DNA from: Octopus bimaculoides
Lineage: Eukaryota
Length of the DNA: 44,300 nucleotides
NCBI RefSeq assembly: GCF_001194135.2
Contig: NC_068998.1
Location: 27,770,343-27,814,642 of the forward strand
Direction: 5' to 3'
The notes beneath the pieces are model-generated. The model ran no database searches. It was not told the DNA's origin and saw only the letters and a program-made list of their open reading frames with translations. Shown here piece after piece: positions 12,011 through 23,620 of the stretch (position 1 is the first letter of the stretch; the number at the start of each line of letters is the position of its first letter). The position numbers were made by a program, and so were the translations under genes.

Positions 12011-12561
12011 TGTCCTAATGTTGGCTTCGCTGTCGACGTCGCCATCTTCCTTGCTAACAATATACCCTGATGCCTACTCTACCCGTAATATCATTCTTTT
12101 CAAACCGAAAAGAAAAAAAAGTCTGTGAATTACAGCTGCCATGTGATACCTCATTGTAATAATTCACGTCATTTCAAACGGTTTGACTTTCATTTCTCAT
12201 TTATCTTCGATCCTTGTTCACACTGCATCTTTGAAATAACTTATTGAAGTACAGCTGTAGCTTAAAACGCTAGATGTCCTCTCATGTATCATTCAACATT
12301 AAAATGTTTATTGGAGATCATCTAACAATTGGGCATGTATGTCAAAATAAACTATTTCAACACTGGTTAATGGCTTCCGTTTTATACTGAGAATGTTTAA
12401 ACAGTAATACAGTCCTATTGATGTTTTGCGTATACACGTGCGCCTGTGAGTGTATGGAGACAACTACAGACTCGTATATAGATATATAAATAATGTATAT
12501 ATAGACACTTATAACCATACATGCATATACATACATAAATACATTCATAAATATATACATA

Positions 12562-13823
12562 CTAGCAGAAATACCCGGCGTTGCCCGGGTTAAAGAGAAT
12601 AATGAAATCTAAAAACGCCGTCTAGACTACGCATCATCTTTATATATAGAGATGTATATACACACACGCACCCAAACACACGTATATATATGTATATCAA
12701 TATAAATATATGAAAGTCAATGAAGTTTCGTAAAAGAAGGTGATCATGTACATACTTTCTTGCTGTTGTGATTATAACACCTCATTGTAAACTAAGTTCC
12801 TTGTTTTCCCTTGTAGAGCATATACAAATAGGTTTTTTGTTGCTGCCCACTCTTGAGCAGCCAACATACAGTTGTCCATGTGAGAAGCAGGGCTCTTCCA
12901 AGGGAAGACCAGCTACAGACAGTGTTTGACCCTGATNNNNNNNNNNNNNNNNNNNNNNNNNNNNNNNNNNNNNNNNNNNNNNNNNNNNNNNNNNNNNNNN
13001 NNNNNNNNNNNNNNNNNNNNNNNNNNNNNNNNNNNNNNNNNNNNNNNNNNNNNNNNNNNNNNNNNNNNNNNNNNNNNNNNNNNNNNNNNNNNNNNNNNNN
13101 NNNNNNNNNNNNNNNNNNNNNNNNNNNNNNNNNNNNNNNNNNNNNNNNNNNNNNNNNNNNNNNNNNNNNNNNNNNNNNNNNNNNNNNNNNNNNNNNNNNN
13201 NNNNNNNNNNNNNNNNNNNNNNNNNNNNNNNNNNNNNNNNNNNNNNNNNNNNNNNNNNNNNNNNNNNNNNNNNNNNNNNNNNNNNNNNNNNNNNNNNNNN
13301 NNNNNNNNNNNNNNNNNNNNNNNNNNNNNNNNNNNNNNNNNNNNNNNNNNNNNNNNNNNNNNNNNNNNNNNNNNNNNNNNNNNNNNNNNNNNNNNNNNNN
13401 NNNNNNNNNNNNNNNNNNNNNNNNNNNNNNNNNNNNNNNNNNNNNNNNNNNNNNNNNNNNNNNNNNNNNNNNNNNNNNNNNNNNNNNNNNNNNNNNNNNN
13501 NNNNNNNNNNNNNNNNNNNNNNNNNNNNNNNNNNNNNNNNNNTTTCTCTCTCTGTGAAAGTATCTGTCACTACAGTATCGAAATATGATTGTTTCAGTTA
13601 GTGGAATAGTTTCATTTTTAAAGTGAAAGTATTTGACATGAGTGTTTTTGTTTCACTTTTGACACGTAATACTTAAATAGTGGAGGAGATATTATGTTGC
13701 CGTGTGCTCGAACTCTGCAAGAAGTTAATTTTTTTTGACTAAAACACAACTGGAACCCTAAATAAGGCATGTGTAAAATTTGAATGAAATTGGTTGCGTA
13801 GTTCTCGAGTTTTAGGGATTCAC

Positions 13824-13854
<31 letters not shown>

Positions 13855-13880
13855 CACATTCTCATTTTTATATATATAGA
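12562..13880 (-). mobile_element. Helitron deletion derivative: 5' TC end at 13880, RepHel helicase C-terminus, 3' hairpin-CTAG end at 12562
   Basis: Minus strand A|TCTATATATATAAAAATGAG at 13880. QGQTLSVAGLPLEEPCFSHGQLYVGCSRVG plus frameshifted NLFVYALQGKTRNLVYNEVL* at 12772-12936. Hairpin ACCCGG/CCGGGT at 12573-12590, then CTAG|T. Continuity across the 12937-13542 gap is inferred. Confidence 0.75.
12772..12936 (-). pseudogene. Helitron RepHel PIF1-like helicase C-terminal fragment
   Basis: QGQT and FSHGQLYVGCSRV are PIF1/Helitron helicase motifs. A +1 frameshift sits in the T6 run at 12833-12838. Confidence 0.85.
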
Positions 13881-14110
13881 TGTACACACACACATACATA
13901 CATACATAAATATATGAATGGATGGATGAGTGTGCATATATGTGTGTGTGTGTGTGTGTCAATATATATATATATATACACATACATCCATATATATATA
14001 TATACATATACACACACACACACATACATATATACATATATGTGTGTGCGTGTGTGTGTGTGTGTTGATATATATACTGATTGGTATATACAGGCACGCC
14101 CACACACATA
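13820..14110. repeat. Mixed (CAGA)n/(CA)n/(TA)n/(TG)n low-complexity tract
   Basis: Read directly; source of several spurious ORFs. Confidence 0.9.
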
Positions 14111-14380
14111 TGCTTAAGGAAATGATTAGATATAAAAGAAAATGCATTTGGATTCACAAAGGAAAATTATATAAAATCGATACAGATGTTTAAAGCTGAA
14201 TTGTGTGGCCCTAGTTGTGTAATTGCTGCTGTTTTTTCTAGCTACCCGTGTGATGTTTTCCATACAACTAGAGTAAAATCTATATGAGGTTTTGTAAAGA
14301 TTATGTGATTTGTGGTTGGTAAGAAATAATTTACTCTATGCCAAGACGTTCATAGATATATATCAGAAACCGTTTGTATA

Positions 14381-15045
14381 AAAGGAGGATGAAAGCATAA
14401 TATCCCACCCAAAATAAAAGTATTTTTAAAAATCAAAAAATATCTACTAGATGGCTAGGAAATAACATTTACTCAACGTATTTGCTCTCAGCTTCCACCA
14501 CGGCCTCAAAACGGCCCAGAACCTATCGCATGCATTCCTCACTGTGTCCTATGAAGATCTTCGAACACCTCCCTGATCTTGACCACTAGCTTGGCCTTAA
14601 TGCTGCAGGTAAAGTGGTTGGTGTCTTTGTCAGCCGCGCCATATTCATAGTAATCCATGGGATTTCCATCAGGGGAATTAGAAGGCCAGAAATTGGGGCT
14701 TGTGAAGTCGTGGAAATTCTTCGACAACCACTTCATATCTTTCCGGATGTATGGCAAGGAACCGAATCCTACTGCCACGCATATGTCCGCCCAGCAACAG
14801 TCTTATCCAGCCAGGGTTTGACCACAGCCGTCTGGATTGAGCCTAAGGCCTCATTCAGAGATGAAGGGACGGCATGACGTCACTCTCACTGGGGACACAC
14901 CCAAAGACAATCATAGTTTGGGAAACTTGGTTTTCATGATGTCCATGTCACATCTTATAGCCTTTACAGAGTTCACAAAGCATTGAGCAACAGTCATGTT
15001 TTCGGCATTTTGACACCCGGCGAGATTCACTGACACAGGCAACTC
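14381..15045 (-). mobile_element. Tc1/mariner maT (DD37D) transposon, 3' part, internally deleted and degenerate
   Basis: Minus strand MKTKFP, GLRLNPDG, WQ*DSVPCH..WPSNSPDGNPMDYY. After restoring one 1-bp deletion I count 37 residues between the second and third Asp. Confidence 0.8.
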
Positions 15046-15052
15046 TTACAAT

Positions 15053-15145
15053 GCTGCTTTGAAATTTTAGCACAAGGCCAGCAAATTACACCGACCCCAG
15101 TACTTAACTGGTATTTATTTTATCAATGCGGAAAGGGTGAAAGGC
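15053..15145 (-). mobile_element. MetaSINE-type SINE, 3' half (split copy)
   Basis: Reverse complement of the SINE core and tail (GCCTTTCA..GATAAAATAAATACCAG..GGCCTTGTGCTAAAATTTCAAA). Confidence 0.75.
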
Positions 15146-16289
15146 GGATCTTTGTGGTTTTCGTCACTGTTTACAATTATCTTTAAAAATTTTTTTTTAA
15201 TGCATCATATAGATGTAATTTTTCACGCTGAATCCGAATTTGTTATTTATTTATTCCAGAAAAATTTTGCAAACAAAAAAAAAGGTGTTCAAAGTTTAAT
15301 AATTTTCAGAATTTTCAGCCAACCAGAAAACAGCGCGTTCGCTACCTTTTCCATCATCAGGGTGGGGGCACCAGTATGTCAAAACATTAAACTAGCAACA
15401 GTAAACAGTGGAAAACATTAAAAGATTCGTTAACAAATTNNNNNNNNNNNNNNNNNNNNNNNNNNNNNNNNNNNNNNNNNNNNNNNNNNNNNNNNNNNNN
15501 NNNNNNNNNNNNNNNNNNNNNNNNNNNNNNNNNNNNNNNNNNNNNNNNNNNNNNNNNNNNNNNNNNNNNNNNNNNNNNNNNNNNNNNNNNNNNNNNNNNN
15601 NNNNNNNNNNNNNNNNNNNNNNNNNNNNNNNNNNNNNNNNNNNNNNNNNNNNNNNNNNNNNNNNNNNNNNNNNNNNNNNNNNNNNNNNNNNNNNNNNNNN
15701 NNNNNNNNNNNNNNNNNNNNNNNNNNNNNNNNNNNNNNNNNNNNNNNNNNNNNNNNNNNNNNNNNNNNNNNNNNNNNNNNNNNNNNNNNNNNNNNNNNNN
15801 NNNNNNNNNNNNNNNNNNNNNNNNNNNNNNNNNNNNNNNNNNNNNNNNNNNNNNNNNNNNNNNNNNNNNNNNNNNNNNNNNNNNNNNNNNNNNNNNNNNN
15901 NNNNNNNNNNNNNNNNNNNNNNNNNNNNNNNNNNNNNNNNNNNNNNNNNNNNNNNNNNNNNNNNNNNNNNNNNNNNNNNNNNNNNNNNNNNNNNNNNNNN
16001 NNNNNNNNNNNNNNNNNNNNNNNNNNNNNNNNNNNNNNNNNNNNNNNNNNNNNNNNNNNNNNNNNNNNNNNNNNNNNNNNNNNNNNNNNNNNNNNNNNNN
16101 NNNNNNNNNNNNNNNNNNNNNNNNNNNNNNNNNNNNNNNNNNNNNNNNNNNNNNNNNNNNNNNNNNNNNNNNNNNNNNNNNNNNNNNNNNNNNNNNNNNN
16201 NNNNNNNNNNNNNNNNNNNNNNNNNNNNNNNNNNNNNNNNNNNNNNNNNNNNNNNNNNNNNNNNNNNNNNNNNNNNNNNNNNNNNNNNN

Positions 16290-16336
<47 letters not shown>

Positions 16337-18184
16337 CAGACAGACAGATAGCTCCGGCCAGTCAGTAGCCAAAGAAACAGATTTCAACTCAAACCAGCAG
16401 TAACATTCCTTGTTTGGATTTTTCTACTTTCATTTCTGACAGCTAATACCATGACAGTGCCAACAGACCAACAGGAGTTGCTAGAAATAACAGAAAAAAA
16501 CATTAAAATATACACGAGCAAAGTAAACAGTGAAAAACATTGAGACATTCGCGAGCAAATTAAATGTTTACATATTACGAGCAAACCAACAGGAGTTGCT
16601 AGAAATAACAGTCAAAACATTGCTTAAAACAGACATTTATTAGTTACAAAACTCAAGAACAAAAGTTTGTATTACACTCTAGGATTTTATAAAATAAATT
16701 ATCTTTTTCATATCTCCTCCACAAAGATAAGTCAACCATGAAACAACGTGTCCCACACCGGCGTTTGTTTCCCCGCTTTAAAAATGCCCAGGTACTCTCA
16801 ATTTGTTGATTACACTCAATTTGGTGGTTACACTCCTTGTGCGCATGCGCAGTATCTTTGGTTACTATGGAAACAGAGTTTTACGCCACGGGAACGTGTA
16901 AAATATTCGCTTCTGATTGGCTAAAATATTCAAATTTTGCAAATTCAAATGCTTATAACTTTTTAATTATGGATTTATAGTGAAAATAATTTTCATTTTC
17001 GCAATTAGTATACAAAACTTAATTCATATACCTGTAGTGAAACTACCTATCGCCATTAGATACAAAACTGCTATCGCCCATCTTCTCATTTAAATATAAA
17101 CAAGCGCGGGCGTAGCGGAGAACCCGTCTCCTTGTCATCACGTGACTGATTAATATTCGAAGCGGCAACTTCTTCGAACCGTTCTCGCCAGAACGCAAAC
17201 TGACCAATCACAGCCCTTAATAAGGTCACGTGATAGTGTTTTTCTACTACGGTCTTGGAGCCCCTTGAACGCTATGAATAGATCAACTCATACCCAGCAA
17301 ATTGGTCTCGGTTCAGTTTCTCTTTGAGATCTGTTCCGTGTACCACACGACAGCAGCAGCAGCGGCAGCCAGCGACACATCAACAGTTTCGTCCAACGAT
17401 GACCACCAACTACGCCGCCACATCAGCAACACGAGTCTACGACTACTAACCAGCATCATCGTCATGACCAACACGATTCTACGATTACTACTAACCAGCA
17501 TCAATCTCCACCAGCGTCAACACGACTTACTATGTACACCAAACTAAACCACCGCGGCACATCTCTCTCTNNNNNNNNNNNNNNNNNNNNNNNNNNNNNN
17601 NNNNNNNNNNNNNNNNNNNNNNNNNNNNNNNNNNNNNNNNNNNNNNNNNNNNNNNNNNNNNNNNNNNNNNNNNNNNNNNNNNNNNNNNNNNNNNNNNNNN
17701 NNNNNNNNNNNNNNNNNNNNNNNNNNNNNNNNNNNNNNNNNNNNNNNNNNNNNNNNNNNNGCTCACGGTTACTGACTCTCTTTCTATCTGCTGTAATAAC
17801 TCACATACACATACATGTATCACTCACAATCACACTTTTCTTTGCATGACGGCCTGTCTTTGATTATGTTCTTATATGTCGCATTCACACTCTCACACAG
17901 ACATACATCTTTAACGCCATAATAAATTTCTCTGTTATTCATCTAATACGGTTGTGGTCTTTCATTACTGGTCATCTATGTTATCGTAGCATAACATATT
18001 TGTATATCATCTTTGATATATTATTTTGTGTGTTCGACCGTGCGACACGTTTAAATAAAAGGAGTCCTCTATTTTTCCATTCGTCACCATTTCTCCTTTT
18101 TGAGTTCGCACGGTCGTCCTTACATACCAAACTTGAAAACAAGTGGAACAAAATTGTAAACAGTGACGAAAACCACAAAGATCC
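15146..18184. mobile_element. About 3-kb non-autonomous TIR element with GG termini and an 8-bp TSD (Merlin-like)
   Basis: Perfect 33-bp TIRs GGATCTTTGTGGTTTTCGTCACTGTTTACAATT at 15146-15178 and 18152-18184. Flanks are TGAAAGGC and TGAAATGC (7/8 match). Two gaps inside; no transposase seen. Confidence 0.8.
16840..17233. promoter_or_regulatory. Promoter-like motif cluster (NRF1, RFX X-box, two CCAAT boxes, two CACGTG E-boxes), locally CpG-rich
   Basis: TGCGCATGCGCA 16840-16851, GTTACTATGGAAAC 16861-16874, CTGATTGGCT 16913-16922, TCACGTGAC 17138-17146, CCAAT 17204-17208, GTCACGTGA 17225-17233. Motif matches only; no activity shown. Confidence 0.4.
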
Positions 18185-18242
18185 TGAAATGCTGCTAAGC
18201 ATTTTGTACGGCGTGCTAACGATTCTGCCACCTCGTAACCTT
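18185..18242 (-). mobile_element. MetaSINE-type SINE, 5' half (split copy)
   Basis: Reverse complement AAGGTTACGAGGTGGCAGAATCGTTAGCACGCCGTACAAAATGCTTAGCAGCATTTCA is the SINE head. Confidence 0.8.
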
Positions 18243-18395
18243 TTACAATATTCAGATGGCTTCCAGTCCTCCATGCCAGCTAACTTTTTCTCAACTACAG
18301 CTTCAATATTCTGCTTACCAACTGTTCACCAAGACATCAAACTGTTCCTGAAAAAAGGAATCATAAAAATCGTCAAATTTTGCCCGAATATCCTG
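18243..18395 (-). mobile_element. 5' end of the same maT element (TIR and start of transposase, MEDWKPSEYCK)
   Basis: TA|CAGGATATTCGGGCAAAATTTG terminus, with TA at 18396-18397. It rejoins the 15045 segment through a duplicated TTACAAT (15046-15052 and 18243-18249). Confidence 0.65.
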
Positions 18396-18429
18396 TATAC
18401 ATAATGTGGATATAGTAATGAATGAATCC

Positions 18430-18520
18430 TTAAAGAAGTTTGCTTCGCAATCATAAAATCACCGATTTCGGTCCCATGCGGTGGTATCTTGATCAAGTGC
18501 CTTTCACTATAGCGTTGTTT
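18430..18520 (+). mobile_element. Degenerate head of a second tRNA-derived SINE family (OK-like)
   Basis: AAGAAGTTTGCTTCGCAATCA..GGTCCCATGCGGTGGTATCTTGATCAAGTGCCTTTCACTATAGC resembles the reverse complement of 23930-24020. Confidence 0.5.
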
Positions 18521-18985
18521 GGGTTGACGCGAGCTTTGTCATTGTGAAACACACTTATGCACACAGTCGTGTGCCTGTTCTTTCTGTTTCTTTGTGTTCT
18601 TCCTATTGTTAAGTATGGCCGGCTGTGATTCGAGGAACGTTTAGCTGCTATTTCTAATGAATTAAATGACCACCTAGATGTACCCCCACTGGCACCCATT
18701 CATTTATCACAATAGGTGACCGAGAAATCTGGGGACACAGCCGTTTTTATATTTATATTTTATGATGTTATATTTTATCCAACGCCTCTCCCTAGATAGT
18801 TTCTAATCAAAAGAGATACGATGAGTGAACAAAATCTCTTTGGCTTGTTTCATTTATAGCTTGCTGCTTTCTGCTTTCTACTTCAGTTAAACCACCCCCG
18901 TCCTTCCAATTTATCCCCAAATCAACGGGTGAGTGAGTGAATAGTAGAGTGGTAGGGAGTGATAGAAAGAGTGACCTAATCGTTT

Positions 18986-18998
18986 AATGTATGTGTGT

Positions 18999-19060
<62 letters not shown>

Positions 19061-19095
19061 ATGCGTGTGTGCGTGTGTGTGAGTGTGTGTGTGTA
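18986..19095. repeat. (GT)n microsatellite
   Basis: Read directly. Confidence 0.97.
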
Positions 19096-19454
19096 TATTC
19101 TTTTCTGTTCCTTCAGAGATGAATGAATTTGTTGAGGCACGTGTCCAGGTAAAATTCTCTTCCGACTCAACACAATAGCTGAACTGAAATGATAACTATA
19201 CTTCACACATAGCCCAACCCTATTGTCTACACCGCCTACATCTTAGTCTTTTATATTCAAAATGTAAGGAGCCAGCTGCAAGTGATGATAGGTCGGCATT
19301 CACAAATGCCATAGAAAGTCAGTGTTTGATGGAACGTGGGGCTGTTGGAAGGAAGGTCACAGCTATGGAAAGGGGCCACGTAGCAGCAGATTGTTTTCCT
19401 TTCTTTCTTTGCTTTCATTATTGTAGATACTACTCCTACTCCTACTTCTCCTTT

Positions 19455-19519
<65 letters not shown>

Positions 19520-19520
19520 A
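19455..19520. repeat. (TAC)n microsatellite
   Basis: Read directly; source of the poly-Tyr ORF. Confidence 0.97.
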
Positions 19521-19999
19521 TTTAAGCTAAGACACACTCCACCATATTCCATTAATTTTTTATTATATTGGCGCGGATATGTCATTATGCTAGTTGGTAG
19601 AACTAATTTCAATACGATATCTTATAGCTGGTAATATTATGGCTAACGATGTTAATGTATCCATTATTCTCTCCAAAAATATGTTTGTCCCGATTTTAAT
19701 TTTTATATATGGGGTCAGGACGTCATACAAAATCCTTTGTAGTATTTCCTTATGGCTCTAGTAATTCAAAAAGCGTGAGTTCAAAACGCGCCGAGATCAA
19801 CTCTGTCTTTCATTCTTTTATGATCAATAAAATAAAAGTATTAATCAATTACTGAGGCCGATATATTACCCCTTCCATTCACCCAGATTTCTGACCTTGA
19901 ATAAGAAATTATGTAGCTTAGATTTACCGATTTGTGTTTCGTGACAAAACGAATTGATGTCTGATTTCACTTTTCCTTTTCCGAGTCCGTAGAGTGAGG

Positions 20000-20647
20000 G
20001 GATCTAGTTCAAAACGGGGGCACCAGTTTTCATTTATGTTTTATGTAGTGTTTTTGGTACCGAAAGACTTTCAAACTGCGTATACTTATCTATTTTGTGT
20101 TATAGAACAGAAAAAAAATTTTGTATTCGGAGTTATTTCATGTAAAAAATTGTCTTATTTCGATAATTTCAACCAATCACTGACAAGTATTCAGCTGTTT
20201 ACACTTACTCCTTTGGCAGTTTAAGCGGTGTAAAGCGTATTTAATCTCCATTTATAATTTCGTTAACATCTGCCTGAACTGTATGNNNNNNNNNNNNNNN
20301 NNNNNNNNNNNNNNNNNNNNNNNNNNTAACCCTAACCCTAACCCTAACCGTACTGCCAATATGCTTCAGCCATTTTTTGACAAGGAAATAATAATTTTAT
20401 CACCGCCAGAATCGTTTGAGAATCGTTTGTTTACGTAGTCAGCACCTACTGTATTCGACTGAATGGACGTCAGTCATTGGTTGAAATTACAGAAATACAA
20501 CTTTAACATGAAATAACTTGCGATGTACGTTTTTTTGTTAAGAAGACTAAGAGAAAAAGATGTTTTATATGACACATTCTACCAGTGTCCCAAGTTTCAA
20601 AGTGTTTCGTTAAGAAAATACTGGTGCCCCCGTTTTGAACTAGATCC
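20000..20647. mobile_element. Merlin-like MITE containing telomere-like repeats
   Basis: Perfect 28-bp TIRs GGATCTAGTTCAAAACGGGGGCACCAGT. Perfect 8-bp TSD GAGTGAGG at 19992-19999 and 20648-20655. (TAACCC)3 at 20327-20344. Confidence 0.9.
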
Positions 20648-20977
20648 GAGTGAGGCTATATATAGATAAATACGGATGTATAAATATGTGTGTGTGTGTG
20701 TGTGTGGGTGTATATGTATACACACATGAAATTATTATAAACTTCAGGTTGCGACGTTTCACCAAAAAGGAGAATTATAACTGTCACTAAATGTGACTAG
20801 GGTGTTAAGAAACACCTACGTTACTAGAAATACGAGCTAAAATGCTCTAATGCTTTAGTTAACGCACACAAATGAAAACTGTCCATCGAGAATTCTTAGT
20901 ACTGACATCATTTTCGACAATTTCCGTTGCCTTATCAGTTAAGCCCGCTTGATCTCGGCTTTCTTTGGCTTGCTTCT

Positions 20978-21050
20978 CTACATACATACATACATACATA
21001 CATACATACATACATACATACATACATACATACATACATACATACATACG
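20978..21050. repeat. (CATA)n microsatellite
   Basis: Read directly. Confidence 0.97.
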
Positions 21051-21239
21051 TACATTTCTTGTGCACCATCAAACATAACGGTTCGGAAATCTGCATCCTA
21101 TGCTCTACATAAAAATACTATATACCACACAAAACACACACTCTAAACAAGAGAAATGAGATTATGTGACATTCAAACATCATTGAAACAAATAAAGTGG
21201 CAGACATTGATCCATTTTTGATTCTGTGACCTTCTCGAT

Positions 21240-22700
21240 GCTGCTTCATCAATCAGACTTTCAATCTACAGAACCCTTTTTGTTTTTTTTTGTTTCGCTA
21301 GAACTCTTACATCTTTGATTGAGAATAGTGTACCATGGATGATTTCTAGTTCAAAGCACTTTCAAAATTTTTCTTCATTTCTGCACTTTATAAAATTTTT
21401 CCTTGGTTACTGTAGTAGCTGTTCTAATTGTTTTAACATTCATAGTATGTCACTTGACGTATTTTCTGGGGATGTTTAAGTCTGATTGTATTATTTTCCG
21501 TTCATCCGATCTAATTAAGAAGTAAAACTTTTATATGATATTCAGCAATGCACTGCTAACCATTCATGTTTTGGAGTTTTCATCATTTGTCAGATTAAGA
21601 AAAACCTTTAATGATATGCGGTAACTGCTCTACCGCGATTTTACTACTTCGTATCAACCAAACCACTTTGGTATATTTTGATATATGTTCGGTTGGCCGT
21701 GATGATTTCGAAGAGTGAATGTCTTTTGGATCTGGCTTCCAGGAAGCTGTTGAGCTACCGCATGACGGAGTAGTTCAGTTTCTATAATTGTATCTGGGTT
21801 AGCAAGATTTATGGGGAACCCATAACAACGGACTTAGATGGTAAGCGGAAATACTTTTCTCCCTACCCTTCTATGAACACGACTCGTATTTACTGTGCCA
21901 TCAATTTTGTCAATTTTCGGCTCCAATTCTCAGAGAACAGTTCCTTCAATAGAAGGTGTTGCATAACATCCAATAAAAGATTTCTCCTTCAGTGATAAAC
22001 CTGAGGTGTACTGCGATTTGCTCAACTCTCCTAACGTCTGACGTTTCATCAAAGATAATGGAATATCCAAAACACTTCTCATCATGTACTATAATGCTTA
22101 ACACAGTCTCAGCTACAATATCACGAATTTTGTCTTGGAAGATAAGTGAGTCAACTATATATGTACATTAATCTGTTTTTCAGTTTTACAGTTTTCTCCT
22201 AGCTAAAGCATATCCGAAAATGTAGAAGTTGCCAAATGGTTGGTTAATATGAAAATTTTGTATATATCACTACGGTCCTCTGCATTGCCCCATTGTTTTT
22301 GTTGTTGAGCAGCGAACAAATAGAGTTTGGATAATAATTTCCCAGTAATCTCGATTTGGTGCTACTTACTGTACGCTTTTCTGCAGTACTTAGTTGACGT
22401 TTCATGTTTTACATTTACTTGATAATCTATTCCCCTTCTCTTGGTCGACTGATGGCAAGCACTCCTGCATGCTTTCTGAGCTGGGTTGGCCATTTCTAGT
22501 TTTCAAAAGTTAAAGTGTTCTAAGACATGATCACTTTTACAAAGTGTAACATGAAATTTGCCGTTTGTTAGTGCCATAGGAAATCGAAAGACAAAGTTTA
22601 GATGATTCACTTTTGTAGAGTGTGAAAGTGATTTAATCCAGTTTCAGTGAAATTGTCCTGCAGAGACAGCAGAGGATCACGGGTCACATTAACTTAATCG
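21240..22700 (-). pseudogene. Heavily degraded hAT transposase (ZMYM1/Zaphod-like: TTF zinc finger to catalytic core)
   Basis: Minus strand FGYSIIFDETSDVRRVEQIAVHLRFI (about 22000-22075) carries the first catalytic Asp motif. VRCYGFPINLA (about 21800-21830) matches the CxxH/HSLNL region, and FEN*K..LRKHA near 22480 matches the TTF region. Many stops; boundaries are approximate. Confidence 0.7.
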
Positions 22701-22865
22701 ACATTTTCGTCACTTGAAATATTTTCAGATTCCAAGAAGTTAGGGTCTGTAAAGGCTCGAGAATTTTTGGTGATTTTTGGCATCGTTATTGTCAGCAAAG
22801 ATGTTCTTTGTGTCGGAAATGATCTGGGTTGTAAAATATTTCTTTTATTATTATTACTCGTTTCT

Positions 22866-23085
22866 AAGGCGGTGAGCTGCCAGAACCGTTAAAATTCTGA
22901 GCAAAATGCTTAGCGGCATTCAGTTCGTCTTTACATTCCGAGTTCAAATTCTGCCTAGGTCCACTTTACCTTTCATCCTTTCTGGGTCGGTAAAATAAGT
23001 ACCAGTTGAGTACTGGGGTCAATGTATTCGACTCATCTCCTCCCCCCCGAGATTGCTGGCCTTGTGCCAAAATTTGAAATCATTA
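22866..23085 (+). mobile_element. MetaSINE-type SINE, near full length
   Basis: Head, core and tail GGCCTTGTGCCAAAATTTGAAATC are all present. Confidence 0.88.
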
Positions 23086-23153
23086 TTACTCGTTTTTTTG
23101 TTTAAAAAAAGAAAATTAGGACCTGAATATTAAAAAATGAAGATTAGGACCTG

Positions 23154-23201
23154 AATCATAACAGGCACCGAATACTTAAGTACTCGGTGCCTGTTATGAT
23201 T
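23154..23201. repeat. 48-bp near-perfect palindrome centred on TTAA
   Basis: AATCATAACAGGCACCGAATACTT|AAGTACTCGGTGCCTGTTATGATT, one mismatched pair (23172/23183). Confidence 0.95.
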
Positions 23202-23620
23202 TTGGGTGTCACTGATGTAAAAGTCATTCTCATCCGGCCATGAACAACCACAACATGGTGTTGTTTGTCAGTATAGTTGTAAGCTAACAATCCGACGAAG
23301 TGGAACCGATAAAATATATACCACATATTAAAATAAGGATGGGGTTGATTTCACGGATTTTTAAGGCAGTCACAAGATTGGCCATCGTCCGGTAATTGAT
23401 AGATGTGCACACACACACATACACACACACGCACGCACACTTGAGTGTGTGTATATATATATTTGTATGCATGTAATTTTGTGCTTGTATTTATATGTAT
23501 GAATACGAACGTGTGCACACACGTATGCACACACACACACACATGCACGAAAAGATATACATAGTCCTATATTTAAACAATTAAAGAACCGTGTAGGATG
23601 TGTTGTATGGTTTTTATTCT

